Notes: generated from the letters alone by a model not told the origin. Shown: positions 27,656 to 40,180, counted from the stretch's first letter. The stretch is 61,814 bases of DNA from an uncultured Candidatus Saccharibacteria bacterium (GCA_964387675.1 CAYLWL010000004.1:1-61814), one strand, 5' to 3'. Made by a program: numbers and translations.

Positions 27656-27727
27656 CTTTTCATTATACCCGATAATCACCTCAAGAAGCATGCTGCGGGA
27701 TAAAAATTAGCAAAAAGCTTCGGAACT

Positions 27728-27756
27728 TTGACAAAGCTTTTGTTTTCATATACAAT
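27728..27756 (+). promoter_or_regulatory. Consensus sigma70 promoter
   Basis: TTGACA-17nt-TACAAT, 38 nt upstream of ATG 27795. Confidence 0.8.
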
Positions 27757-27794
27757 CTGGGCAGCATTGAGTTCCAAGAAAGGGGGGCGTCCGG

Positions 27795-28439
27795 ATGGAC
27801 CCGCAACTGAAAACGTTCTGCGCAGTTCTGTCGGTCTTTTTTTCTACGCTCGCGTTCATTCCGTATGTGATCGGGACCTGGAAGATTAGAGGTAGCGGCG
27901 ACGTTCGTCCGGCCATATCCGGTTGGACTTCTTGGATGTTGTCGGATGCGGCAATTCTTGCGGCCATGATCGCGGCCGGCACTATCTCGTGGCAGATGGT
28001 ACCATACGTTCTCGGCTCGCTCGGCGTGATTATGCTCAGCTTACGGAAAGGCCTCAAAATCGCGCATATGCGAGGGGGGGCAGTTTCGTGGCGGGACGCG
28101 TTCATGGACTGGGGTCGAAAAGACACCTTTTGCGTTTCGATCGTAGCGATAGCAGTAGTGGCGTGGGGAATCAAACATAACCCCGACTACGCCATCTACC
28201 TGACTATACTTTCAACTTTCGTCGGCACCTGGGCTGTCGCAAAACCACTCGGCCATGACCCATACCGAGAATCGTTTGCCGCTTGGGGACTCTCCCTAAT
28301 CGGAGGACTCTTCGGCGTCCCTGCGATCCCGGCATGGAACATTACAGGAGCCCTGCCGCCGATAATGTTCGTCGGTGTCCAAGGCACGATATTCGGACTC
28401 ACGGCGCGGCGCTTCTTGCCGCGTTACACCAAAGGTTAA
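27795..28439 (+). CDS. Polytopic membrane protein of unknown function
   Basis: 214 aa, about 6-7 TM, own promoter and terminator. Confidence 0.75.
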   Translation: MDPQLKTFCAVLSVFFSTLAFIPYVIGTWKIRGSGDVRPAISGWTSWMLSDAAILAAMIAAGTISWQMVPYVLGSLGVIMLSLRKGLKIAHMRGGAVSWRDAFMDWGRKDTFCVSIVAIAVVAWGIKHNPDYAIYLTILSTFVGTWAVAKPLGHDPYRESFAAWGLSLIGGLFGVPAIPAWNITGALPPIMFVGVQGTIFGLTARRFLPRYTKG

Positions 28440-28476
28440 AATGGCCGTTCTAGCGATAGAGCGGCCATTTCTTTTT
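28439..28476 (+). terminator. Rho-independent terminator
   Basis: AATGGCCGTTCTA-GCGA-TAGAGCGGCCATT stem followed by TCTTTTT. Confidence 0.75.
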
Positions 28477-28553
28477 GTCGCAGAACTTGTAAAGATAGTT
28501 GACGGGTGGTATTTTTATTTCAGCCCATCCATCAACTCAATACGGAGGCGAAA

Positions 28554-31821
<3,268 letters not shown>

Positions 31822-31826
31822 CTGAC

Positions 31827-32963
31827 CTACGGCGCCACTTCTTTCAGTTTGCCTCCTGTCCACTCAAAGGCGCGGATGGTTGTGTTGTAGGAGTTTGACC
31901 CGCCACTGCCGGAACAGCTCAAGGTATAAGTCGTGTCTCTGTCCGCGGAAACGTTGGCGCTTCCGCTACTGCCCACAGAACCGACGCCGGATATACTGCA
32001 GCCGAAATTGGCGTTCACACAAGACCACGACAAAGTAATGTTTCGAGGCGGAGGGATAAGAATCCTGTCCGGTGACGCCGAGAAACTGCTACAGGAAGCG
32101 GGGGGCGGACAAGGAGGACCAGTCCGACTGCAACCATTGTCGCAACTATCCCTGCCATAGGTAGTTTCTCCGCAGGCCGGTGTTGACGCGTCGCAACCGC
32201 CAGCGCTACAGAAATTGTCGCCGCCACCGCCACCGCCACCGCACAAGGCAGAGATCATGCGACCCTCGTCTCCAGGATTGTCTGCCAGGAAGCGATCTTT
32301 CTCTTCTTGCGACGGGTTGCAGCCACCACTATTGCCGCCGTTGTTATTGTTATTATTATTATTGTTGTTGTTGCTACCACCGCAGTTTCCGGGTCCCGCG
32401 CTACTCCAAGTGCGGTCGGAACCGCAAACGTAATCGTAGCCATTCACACAGTTCCTTCTGTCTCCGGGAGTGCAGCCGGACACTGGACCTGGACAACGAG
32501 GTTGGCCCGGGTCACCGCATTGCGGCGGCCTTGGACAATCACCGCGCTCTTCGCAGGTGGTAGTTGGACAATCACCGCGCTCTTCGCAGGTGCTAGAACG
32601 GGGGCAATCACCACGCTCTTCGCAGGTAAGCTGGGTGGGAGAGGGCGTGGGCGTGGAGCCGCCGCCGCAAAATCCATTTAAACGTACCACGCAGGCGGTA
32701 ACCACCCCTGCGACCATATCTAGTGCCATAATAGCTCCTACAACCCCGCTCGCCGGTATTGTTGCCGGAATGAGAGTAGCTAAGGCCGGCGCCGCAAATA
32801 CAGCCACCACCACCACGACAGCTACTACCGCAACAACTTTAGCCAAGCCCTTGAAAAACCCTCCAAAAGAGAAAGCGTAAGCCGGTTGAGGGAAAACAAC
32901 CAAAACCACCAGCATAAATATAAGGGAGGCCACAAACGCGCTACGAAAATGCTTCATTTGCAT
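31827..32963 (-). CDS. Secreted Cys-rich surface protein with TCEERGDCP repeats, poly-Asn tract and C-terminal Ig-like domain
   Basis: Signal peptide ending AYA, hydrophobic segment, 3x TCEERGDCP, N10 run, F.ASP...TL.WS...C...TTYTL.C tail. Start 32963 or 32957. Confidence 0.75.
   Translation of the reverse strand: MQMKHFRSAFVASLIFMLVVLVVFPQPAYAFSFGGFFKGLAKVVAVVAVVVVVAVFAAPALATLIPATIPASGVVGAIMALDMVAGVVTACVVRLNGFCGGGSTPTPSPTQLTCEERGDCPRSSTCEERGDCPTTTCEERGDCPRPPQCGDPGQPRCPGPVSGCTPGDRRNCVNGYDYVCGSDRTWSSAGPGNCGGSNNNNNNNNNNNGGNSGGCNPSQEEKDRFLADNPGDEGRMISALCGGGGGGGDNFCSAGGCDASTPACGETTYGRDSCDNGCSRTGPPCPPPASCSSFSASPDRILIPPPRNITLSWSCVNANFGCSISGVGSVGSSGSANVSADRDTTYTLSCSGSGGSNSYNTTIRAFEWTGGKLKEVAP
32531..32627. 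repeat. Intragenic tandem repeat, 3 units of 33-36 nt
   Basis: CAATCACC(G/A)CGCTCTTCGCAGGT x3, encoding TCEERGDCP. Confidence 0.85.
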
Positions 32964-33059
32964 ATGGAATAATTGTAACAAAACAAATCTATCATTGAAA
33001 TAGACCGTGCCTGTGGATATCTTCGCGGGATATCTTGGCTTAATATGGGAAGAAAGACG

Positions 33060-33092
33060 TAAAAAAACGCCCCGGACGAACTTCGTCCGGGG
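33060..33092 (-). terminator. Rho-independent terminator inside the pilin region
   Basis: CCCCGGACGAA-G-TTCGTCCGGGG followed by CGTTTTTTT on the minus strand. Confidence 0.75.
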
Positions 33093-33114
33093 ACTGTGCC
33101 TAACTCGGCGGCCC

Positions 33115-33606
33115 TCACCATCGCAGGTGGTACGCCGCGGCCGCGCTGTTCTTGCCGACCGCGAATCCAACCTGACGATTCGCCTCCCTGCTTCCCCGCC
33201 GCCACTCCACGATACCGAAGCCAGCCAGAGTTCCTCCGCCAACGGCAAGCCCGTTAGCGATCAGGCCTTTCGTCCGATCGGCGCTGGAGCACTCTTGCCG
33301 CTCCAGACAACCTGCCGATTCAGTTGCGCCAACGACAGCCCCGCCGACGCCGATTGCGAGGCCCCAGAAGACCATCTTCTTGCCTCTCGCCTTCCTGGCG
33401 AGCGCCTTCTCGCGCGCCGACGCCCTATCCTGCGCCGACGTCGCTTGCGCCGTTGCGGACGCAAGCGCTTCCGACGGAACAACGAGCGACAACAGCGGCT
33501 GCGCCGTTGCGGTCGCCGCAGGCGCACTCCCATCATCCGCCGCGCTCACCGTGCCCGCACAGAGCAACGCGGCGAGCATAGACCCGACGAGAATCTTCAT
33601 TCTCAT
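33115..33606 (-). CDS. Hypothetical exported/membrane protein (GC-rich)
   Basis: ATG 33606 or 33600 after a purine-rich RBS; signal peptide; two Gly-rich hydrophobic helices. Confidence 0.65.
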   Translation of the reverse strand: MRMKILVGSMLAALLCAGTVSAADDGSAPAATATAQPLLSLVVPSEALASATAQATSAQDRASAREKALARKARGKKMVFWGLAIGVGGAVVGATESAGCLERQECSSADRTKGLIANGLAVGGGTLAGFGIVEWRRGSREANRQVGFAVGKNSAAAAYHLRW

Positions 33607-33679
33607 TTCCCTTCTCCTTTCAGTAAGAGGCCCGGACGCGAATGCGTCCGGGCACGTGAGAGTAGCGGTCGGCGATCCG

Positions 33680-34135
33680 CTACTTTGTAAGCGCGAACGT
33701 GCCGGTGACACGGTCGCGCTCGGGGTTCGGGAAAACCCCGACGAACGACCCGACGAGATTCGCGCCGTCGAACGCCGCCTTTCCCGACACGGAAAGACCG
33801 CTCGCGGAGTTCGTAAGGGAAAACGTCATGGTCGTGCCACGAATGGTCCCGACCAGCGTTCCCGACTGGAACTCTCCGTAGTCGTTGACCGACGACCACA
33901 CCCCGCGAACGTCGCCGCTGTCGTTGACGAGTGTCAGCGTCATCGTTCCGGAGCCGAACGGATCGGCGTCCTTGCCGATGGTCTCATTCACGGAACCCTT
34001 CCAGGTTCCGCCGAAGCTCGCCGACGCCTGCGCCGATACCGCCGAACCCTCCTGCCGCGCCGCCGCGGTCACGGAGTTGCCAGGGTTCACGACCGTGGCG
34101 AGCGCCACGATCGCGACGAGAAATGCACTCTTCAT
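33680..34135 (-). CDS. Hypothetical secreted beta-rich protein (GC-rich)
   Basis: ATG 34135 after AAGGAGG; signal peptide; GTWKG..GTMTLTL..G.W..G.L.G pattern. Confidence 0.7.
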   Translation of the reverse strand: MKSAFLVAIVALATVVNPGNSVTAAARQEGSAVSAQASASFGGTWKGSVNETIGKDADPFGSGTMTLTLVNDSGDVRGVWSSVNDYGEFQSGTLVGTIRGTTMTFSLTNSASGLSVSGKAAFDGANLVGSFVGVFPNPERDRVTGTFALTK

Positions 34136-34185
34136 GATATCCTCCTTGTCGAAGACGGGTTGCGTCCCATCTTCGTGCTGATTAC

Positions 34186-34215
34186 ATTGTAGCACGAAAT
34201 GGATGAAAAAGTCAA
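34186..34215 (-). promoter_or_regulatory. Internal sigma70 promoter for the two-gene insert
   Basis: TTGACT-18nt-TACAAT with extended TG; TTCGTGCT/AGCACGAA inverted repeat (34172-34198) overlaps the -10. Confidence 0.6.
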
Positions 34216-34243
34216 TAGGTCGTTTTGGCTTGAAAAACAAGGA

Positions 34244-34789
34244 TTAACCGTCGAGCGTCCGCGCGCTCACGGTCGTTTCTATGCGCAGAACGGTCGCGGA
34301 GGCGCCCCGCTCTTTCGAAGAAACGCCTAAAGATACGGTAATTCTCGGGGGCCAGCCGTCACCGCTTTGGTTGCCTCGCAAAAGAAAGCTCATGTCTTTG
34401 ACTACGACGTTCCCGCCCGTAATTTGCTGGAATGTCCCCGCTACGCCCCGCTCGATGGAGACATCGCTCAACCGATACGCTATCGTTTCGCCCGCGGCGT
34501 TCGTGAATATAAACTCGTTTGAGCCGGAACAAAGAGGATTGCCGTTCGCGTCGTGGCAAAAGTTGTAACCGGTTCTTATTTCTCTTGCCATCTGTTCCAA
34601 CGCCAAACTAATGCCGTTCTCGGCCGCGATCAAGCCGGCGATCTGCCGTTGGGCCCCCAATGACTGGATAAAACCGCCGACGGCAATACTCACAATCGCG
34701 AGAAAAAGCCCGACAGCGACGATGAGCTCGACGAGGGTGAACCCTTTACGAGTATCTAGTATCTGGTATCTGGTATCTAGGAACTTCAT
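34244..34789 (-). CDS. Minor type IV pilin (PilW-like)
   Basis: KG|FTLVELIVAVGLF N-methylation motif. Confidence 0.88.
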   Translation of the reverse strand: MKFLDTRYQILDTRKGFTLVELIVAVGLFLAIVSIAVGGFIQSLGAQRQIAGLIAAENGISLALEQMAREIRTGYNFCHDANGNPLCSGSNEFIFTNAAGETIAYRLSDVSIERGVAGTFQQITGGNVVVKDMSFLLRGNQSGDGWPPRITVSLGVSSKERGASATVLRIETTVSARTLDG

Positions 34790-34802
34790 ATATTAAGTAT
34801 CC
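34743..34802. repeat. 60-bp direct repeat, copy A (pilin leader and upstream region)
   Basis: Identical to 35303-35362; a second 34-bp block 34808-34841 is identical to 35399-35432. Confidence 0.92.
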
Positions 34803-34839
34803 AGTATCTAGATTCTAGTTTCTAGATACTAAATTCTCA

Positions 34840-35349
34840 TTACGGTCTAAAGTTCAAAAAGTGGTCTTCCAGGTTCACGCTCGACTTGGCAAGCCCGCTC
34901 GTCCAAGAAACAACGGAGTTCACCGCGATTTCGTCGGAATCAACAAGCGTGATCCTAACCCTCCTTTGAAATGGCGTCGGAGCGCCGCTCTCTTCATAAC
35001 CATAGAGGTTGGTTATGGGGTTGAAATACAAACTTCTGCCGGCATACGCGGAAAGGGCGATGCTTGACCAGTCAACTTCAAAGTCCCCGGTCGAAAAACC
35101 GCTCGACCACGAAGCCCCGGCAATCGCGTTGTGATCCAGTATGTTTTTTACGACCTCAATGCCTTCTGCCGCAAGATACGTGGCAAGAACATTGTCGGCA
35201 ATAATGCGGTTCGCGCGCAGTGAACTCGCAAGGAGAGTAAAAATTCCCAGAAACCCGGCAATAAGCACGCTGATCGCGACGATTGCCTCGACAATGGTCT
35301 GGCCTTTACGAGTATCTAGTATCTGGTATCTGGTATCTAGGAACTTCAT
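34840..35349 (-). CDS. Minor type IV pilin (PilV-like)
   Basis: KG|QTIVEAIVAISVL; A..LA.EGIE.V motif. Confidence 0.85.
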   Translation of the reverse strand: MKFLDTRYQILDTRKGQTIVEAIVAISVLIAGFLGIFTLLASSLRANRIIADNVLATYLAAEGIEVVKNILDHNAIAGASWSSGFSTGDFEVDWSSIALSAYAGRSLYFNPITNLYGYEESGAPTPFQRRVRITLVDSDEIAVNSVVSWTSGLAKSSVNLEDHFLNFRP

Positions 35350-35362
35350 ATATTAAGTATCC
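35303..35362. repeat. 60-bp direct repeat, copy B
   Basis: Identical to 34743-34802. Confidence 0.92.
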
Positions 35363-35431
35363 GATATCTAGAATCTGGCAACCAATAAACGGCGAATACT
35401 AGATTCTAGTTTCTAGATACTAAATTCTCAT

Positions 35432-36010
35432 TCAAAAGTCCACTTGGCCCGAAGAGTTGATGGTTATCGTTCTTTTGGCCTGGCCATCGTTCGTTTCGAG
35501 ATACACCTTGACCGGCGAACCGGTGAGCGACGCTCCCCCGTCGACGCTCAAGAGGGTCTTGGGATTCGGCGGCACGAACAACAGCACGCTCAAGCTATCC
35601 GCGTCCGCGTTCCTCAAAACCAAACCGGGGGCAACCGTATATGAGGAAATGGTCTTCCGGAAACCGGAGGGAATAGCGGCGAGAGAGGCGCAGTTCGGAG
35701 GATTCGGTTCTTCGTAGGTATACAGCGAGTATGTTTTTTGTGAATAATCGATTTCCATCCCGAAACCGCAGGTGTTGGGATTTCCGTCTTTCAACGCGCC
35801 GAGCGCGGAGGACTTCGCCCGAAAAATCACGTTGGCCATTTTTTGGGTTTCGACATACAAAGAAACCTGCCGCTCGCCGGTTTTGCTGTACGTTATCGCA
35901 AGCGCCGAAAGAAGCGCGGTAATGGATATGGCGACTAAAATTTCTATGACCGTAAAACCCTTGCGGGAACAAAGAAACTTCGTATGAAAATCCTGTCTTC
36001 CTGTTGCCAC
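35432..36010 (-). CDS. Minor type IV pilin (FimT/GspH-like)
   Basis: KG|FTVIEILVAISIT; C-terminal I.INSSGQV; start uncertain. Confidence 0.83.
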   Translation of the reverse strand: MATGRQDFHTKFLCSRKGFTVIEILVAISITALLSALAITYSKTGERQVSLYVETQKMANVIFRAKSSALGALKDGNPNTCGFGMEIDYSQKTYSLYTYEEPNPPNCASLAAIPSGFRKTISSYTVAPGLVLRNADADSLSVLLFVPPNPKTLLSVDGGASLTGSPVKVYLETNDGQAKRTITINSSGQVDF

Positions 36011-36036
36011 ATTCTCTATTCTACTACATTTACGTT

Positions 36037-36885
36037 CTATAATCCGAACAATCCGAAATATGCCCTCATCAGCTGGTGCCCGAAGAAAAATACGATAACC
36101 GATGACCCCGCGAGAAACGGGCCGAAAGGAAGATGGCTCTTGAGTGTTTTTTCTTTCGAAAATATTTTATAGATTCCGAAAAACGCGCCGATCACAAATG
36201 CCAACCCGACGACGAAGATCGTATCCGGCCAGCCGAAGATCAAGCCCAAAGGAACGGCCAACTTCAAATCCCCCGCCCCCATACCCCTGCCACGAGTTAT
36301 AAAAATCAGCGCCAGAAAAAAGAGGCCGGCGAGCAATACTCCTAAGGCGTGATTCAGCCAGACATTATCGCGGAACCCGAACAGGGGCGCGTAGGGTTCG
36401 AAAAAGGATTCGTACGTCAGTCCGAACGCCGGTCCGCTTACAAAAATCAAGAGCGCTCCCAAAACAAAAAGAGCGATATTCAATTCGTCGGGAATGATCG
36501 AGAGCCGGAGATCAATCAAGGCAATAAGAAGAAGAACGATAAAAATCAGAATCCAAACCGTAGAGAGAATAGAGAATAGAGAATAGAGAATAAAGGGGGT
36601 GTAGACGCGAAACGGAACGAAAACGAACGTTAGGCCGCTTAAGATTTCGACGATCGGATATTGCATATTTAACGCTCCCCGGCAACTCCGGCAACGCCCG
36701 AGCTGGAGCATAAAACTCACAATCGGTATGAGTTCGAACCACCGGAGAGTTTTCCGGCACCGAGGACAATGCGATCTGCCCAAAAGAGAGGAGCCGAACA
36801 CAAATCGTTCGGGATGGTAACGCAAGGAGACTACGTTCAAGAAACTTCCCATCGAAGCGCCGAAGACGAAAAGCAGAAAAGACAT
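36037..36885 (-). CDS. pilD: Prepilin peptidase
   Basis: GSFLNVV..R, RSHCPRC, GRCRSC, MGAGDLKL, LPFGPFL. Confidence 0.95.
   Translation of the reverse strand: MSFLLFVFGASMGSFLNVVSLRYHPERFVFGSSLLGRSHCPRCRKTLRWFELIPIVSFMLQLGRCRSCRGALNMQYPIVEILSGLTFVFVPFRVYTPFILYSLFSILSTVWILIFIVLLLIALIDLRLSIIPDELNIALFVLGALLIFVSGPAFGLTYESFFEPYAPLFGFRDNVWLNHALGVLLAGLFFLALIFITRGRGMGAGDLKLAVPLGLIFGWPDTIFVVGLAFVIGAFFGIYKIFSKEKTLKSHLPFGPFLAGSSVIVFFFGHQLMRAYFGLFGL
36564..36591. repeat. Perfect (AGAGAAT)4 heptamer tract inside pilD
   Basis: Four identical 7-nt units; read as ILYSLFSILS on the minus strand. Confidence 0.9.
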
Positions 36886-36892
36886 TTTTAGT

Positions 36893-37038
36893 TGAATAAA
36901 GAATTAAGAATTAAGAATAAGGAATGATGGACGGGGAATGAGGAATAAAGAATAGAGAATAACGTAACGGCAATTTATTCTTAATTCGTTATTCATTATT
37001 CTATAACCTTTATTCTTTATTCATTATTCGTTATTCTA
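36893..37038. repeat. Large mirrored heptamer-period tract (AGAATAA arm / TTATTCT arm)
   Basis: About 70-nt purine arm and about 65-nt complementary arm between pilA and pilD. Confidence 0.8.
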
Positions 37039-37108
37039 GTTTTGATTTTAACCAAAAAACCGCCCCGATGTAAATCAAAGCGGCTTTCTGAATCGGGGCA
37101 ATAAGTCC

Positions 37109-37609
37109 CTACAGTTGCGCGCAATAGACCGGATCGTTGCATTCCACGCCGTTCACCGTGCCGTCCACATCTTGCGCCAACCCGGAATTGCCGGCGTCTT
37201 CAAGCCGCGCGCCAAGAACATAGCTCGCGCCGCCAGCCGTGGCGCCGTAAAAGTAATGCGAACCGGCCGTGGGATCATCGGGAACGTTCGATATCCCCAA
37301 GTTACTGCCGACCAAAGAACTGGCAAGATTTTCCCAGGTCGAGATCGCGCTAAACGAACCGCAGGGACTCGACGCTTGCGCCGTACCCGGGTAATAACCG
37401 CACTTGTTAAAGTAAAGCTCAAGCCCGTTCTGCACCTGCCGCAAATCGCTGATACGCCTCGAGTCCCTCCCCAAACGCCTCGTGGGACCCAAGCCGACCA
37501 AAACCACCGAAGAAAGAATCGCCACAATCGCGACCACGATGAGCATTTCGATCAACGTAAAGCCCTTGCGGGAACGAAGCGTGGAAAATCGTGAATAAAA
37601 AAATTTCAT
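37109..37609 (-). CDS. Major type IV pilin candidate (PilA/GspG-like)
   Basis: KG|FTLIEMLIVVAIVAILSSVVL, RD.RRISDL..VQ.GLELY..YP, C-terminal Cys pair. Confidence 0.88.
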   Translation of the reverse strand: MKFFYSRFSTLRSRKGFTLIEMLIVVAIVAILSSVVLVGLGPTRRLGRDSRRISDLRQVQNGLELYFNKCGYYPGTAQASSPCGSFSAISTWENLASSLVGSNLGISNVPDDPTAGSHYFYGATAGGASYVLGARLEDAGNSGLAQDVDGTVNGVECNDPVYCAQL

Positions 37610-37656
37610 GTGTATGTTTGTTAAAAGTATTACTTCAACAGTATACCATATCGCGG

Positions 37657-38880
37657 CTAGCCGCCGCTACCCCCGATGGTGGAGGTGAGATTATAGAGCG
37701 GCACGAGAATCGAGGCAAAAAGAAGCGCGACCATGATGCCGATCAATATCATCAAAACCGGCTGGATCAGATCCACGAGGTTGCTGATCAACGTATCCGA
37801 TTCGTGGCTGTAAAAATTGGCGATGCGAACGAAAATCTGCTCCACCTTGCCCGTCGTTTCTCCCACCGCGACCATCTGTGACACGAGCGGAGGAAAATAT
37901 TCCGGGTACTGGGCAATACTTTGGCTCAACAGCTCGCCTTGGCGAACCTTCTCCGCCACCTCGTGCATGATATCCCGATAAAGAACATTCCCCACCATAT
38001 GGCCGATAATTTCCAGGGATTGGGCAATCGGTATGCCGCCGTGGATAAGGAGGGCTGTGGCATTCGAGAACCTGGTAATCACGATGGGCAAATACACTTT
38101 GTTTACTATCGGCAATCTGATCTTGGCGTCATCGAGGAGAGCCCTGCCTTCGGGAGTGTGAAGATAATCCAGGAGCATCAAGAATAATGCCACGACGACC
38201 AAAAGAAGCGCGGGCCACCACTTACCCAAAAAAGCGCCCGTATGCAAAAGGATGCTGGTGTACAGCGGCAACTCCACGCCCGACTGCGCGAACACCGGCC
38301 CGATTTGAGGAAACACGAACGCTATCATAATGAACCCGACGACCGCGAAGAGTCCCAAGACCAAGCCGGGGTAAATAAGAGCGGAAGAGACCTTACTCGC
38401 GAGCAAGCCCTCTTTCTCGGCATAGTCGGCCAGAAACCCGGCGGTCTCATTCAGATTGCCGGTGATTTCCGCCGCGCGCACCATCTCGATATAAAATTGC
38501 GGGAAGATGTTTTCTTGCCTCTCCATTGCCTGCGAGAGAGACAAACCGGCGTCGATATCTTCGCTTATCCGAAGAACCGCCTCTTTGAGCGTAGGTTGCT
38601 TGGTTTGTTCGTATAACGTTTTCAAAGCATTATTGAGCGGCAAATGGGCCTCAAGCAGAGTCGCGAGCTGTCTCGTGAAAATGATCAAATCCTTCCGCCT
38701 CACTCGGCCGAAGTAACTTGCGATGGTGTCGGAAAATCCTGGTTTTTCCGCGGACTCCAAGCTCAAGATAAACAGATCGTGGCCTCCCAAAATGCTTAAC
38801 GCCGAGTCGCGGTTGCCGGCATCGACGAAACCCATCTGTAATTCTCCTTCTTTGGTTTTTGCTTTGTATTTAAACTTCAT
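37657..38880 (-). CDS. pilC: Type IV pilus platform protein PilC (GspF family)
   Basis: Two GspF domains, F.RQLATLL, VAVGETTG; start MKFKYKA at 38880. Confidence 0.93.
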   Translation of the reverse strand: MKFKYKAKTKEGELQMGFVDAGNRDSALSILGGHDLFILSLESAEKPGFSDTIASYFGRVRRKDLIIFTRQLATLLEAHLPLNNALKTLYEQTKQPTLKEAVLRISEDIDAGLSLSQAMERQENIFPQFYIEMVRAAEITGNLNETAGFLADYAEKEGLLASKVSSALIYPGLVLGLFAVVGFIMIAFVFPQIGPVFAQSGVELPLYTSILLHTGAFLGKWWPALLLVVVALFLMLLDYLHTPEGRALLDDAKIRLPIVNKVYLPIVITRFSNATALLIHGGIPIAQSLEIIGHMVGNVLYRDIMHEVAEKVRQGELLSQSIAQYPEYFPPLVSQMVAVGETTGKVEQIFVRIANFYSHESDTLISNLVDLIQPVLMILIGIMVALLFASILVPLYNLTSTIGGSGG

Positions 38881-38971
38881 GTAGTATTCGCGAATAATGC
38901 TAATTGTTAGGTAATAACGCGAATGTATTAGCATTATTTGCTGGTATTCGCGTTATTAGCGATTACTCCGC

Positions 38972-40045
38972 TCACATTCTCTCCATCAATATGCGAAGCT
39001 CCGCCGGGTTTAAAGAATAGAGCTCCGCGTTCTCAAGGGAGATTTCTTTGTTTTTTACGAGATGCGCGAGAGAACGGTTCAGCGTCATCATGCCTTCCTG
39101 CAAACTCGTTTCTATCACTAAATCGATCTGATAAATCTTCCTTTCTCGAATGAGGTTTCTGATCGCGGGGTTCACGATCATAATTTCCGTGGCCGGCACG
39201 CGCCCGCCCGCGACTCTCGGCATCAATCGTTCGGAAACAATCGCAACGAGCGTTGCCGCAAGCTGCGAGATAACCTGTCCCTGCTGGGCAGGCGGAAAGG
39301 AATCGATGATCCGATCGATGGTTTGCGAAGCGGAATTGGTGTGCAAAGTCGAAAAAACCACGTGGCCGGTTTCTGCCGCGGTCATTGCGGTGGCGATGGA
39401 GGTGGCGTCGCGCATCTCGCCGATCATAATCACGTCCGGATCCTGCCGCAAAACGGTCCGCAAAGCAGAATGAAAAGTGAGCGTGTCGCCCCCCACTTCT
39501 CTTTGTGAAACGATGCATTTGTCTTGGGTGAATAAATACTCGATGGGGTCTTCGACGGTGATGATGTGGTCGGAACGGGTATGGTTGATTTCGTCGAGGA
39601 TGGCCGCGAGCGTCGAAGACTTTCCGTGGCCGGCGGGACCAACCACGATAATGAATCCCTGGGACAGCCGGGCAAAATCATGAAGAAGGGGCGGTAAATT
39701 CAATTCGTCGATGGTCTTGATCCGCGCGGGAATGAGCCGCAGGGCGGCGGCAAGATATCCTCTTTGAAAATACACGTTCACCCTGAACCTGGCCTTGTCT
39801 TCGAAGCTGTAGGCGAAATCAACCTGCTTATCCCTTTGCAATCTTTCTTTCTGTTCGGGAGTCAAAAATCCGAGAATCAACTCTTCGGCCACTTCGGGAG
39901 TCAGGAGCGGTTCTTTTTGGAGCGGAACAAGAACACCGTCGACTCTCAAGGTTGGTCGGCGACCGACAGCGAGGTGCAAATCAGAGGCGTTTTGCCGAGC
40001 GGTTGCGATAAGAAGTTCGTTGAGTTTTTCGTTTGGTTCGGGCAT
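38972..40045 (-). CDS. pilT: Retraction ATPase PilT
   Basis: GPAGHGKSST, TVEDPIE, LRQDPDVIMIGEMRD, STLHTNSA, AIRNLIRE. Confidence 0.95.
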   Translation of the reverse strand: MPEPNEKLNELLIATARQNASDLHLAVGRRPTLRVDGVLVPLQKEPLLTPEVAEELILGFLTPEQKERLQRDKQVDFAYSFEDKARFRVNVYFQRGYLAAALRLIPARIKTIDELNLPPLLHDFARLSQGFIIVVGPAGHGKSSTLAAILDEINHTRSDHIITVEDPIEYLFTQDKCIVSQREVGGDTLTFHSALRTVLRQDPDVIMIGEMRDATSIATAMTAAETGHVVFSTLHTNSASQTIDRIIDSFPPAQQGQVISQLAATLVAIVSERLMPRVAGGRVPATEIMIVNPAIRNLIRERKIYQIDLVIETSLQEGMMTLNRSLAHLVKNKEISLENAELYSLNPAELRILMERM

Positions 40046-40050
40046 AAGTT

Positions 40051-40172
40051 AATTCAAAATTCAAAAATCAAAGTTCAAAATGACAATGCAAAGTGTAAAA
40101 AAAGTGGTAAATTATAAAGTCGTGTCCGCAGGACTCCTAAACTTTGCATTTTGATCTTTGCATTTTGCATTA
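40051..40172. repeat. Mirrored heptamer-period tract between pilB and pilT
   Basis: aattcaa aattcaa aaatcaa agttcaa ... tttgcat tttgatc tttgcat tttgcat. Confidence 0.75.
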
Positions 40173-40180
40173 TGAATTAA

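Noticed and set aside
32531-32627. Three near-identical 24-nt repeats with short spacers as a CRISPR mini-array
   Set aside because: Spacers are only 9-12 nt, the period is a multiple of 3, the repeats encode TCEERGDCP in an ORF, and no cas genes are in the window.
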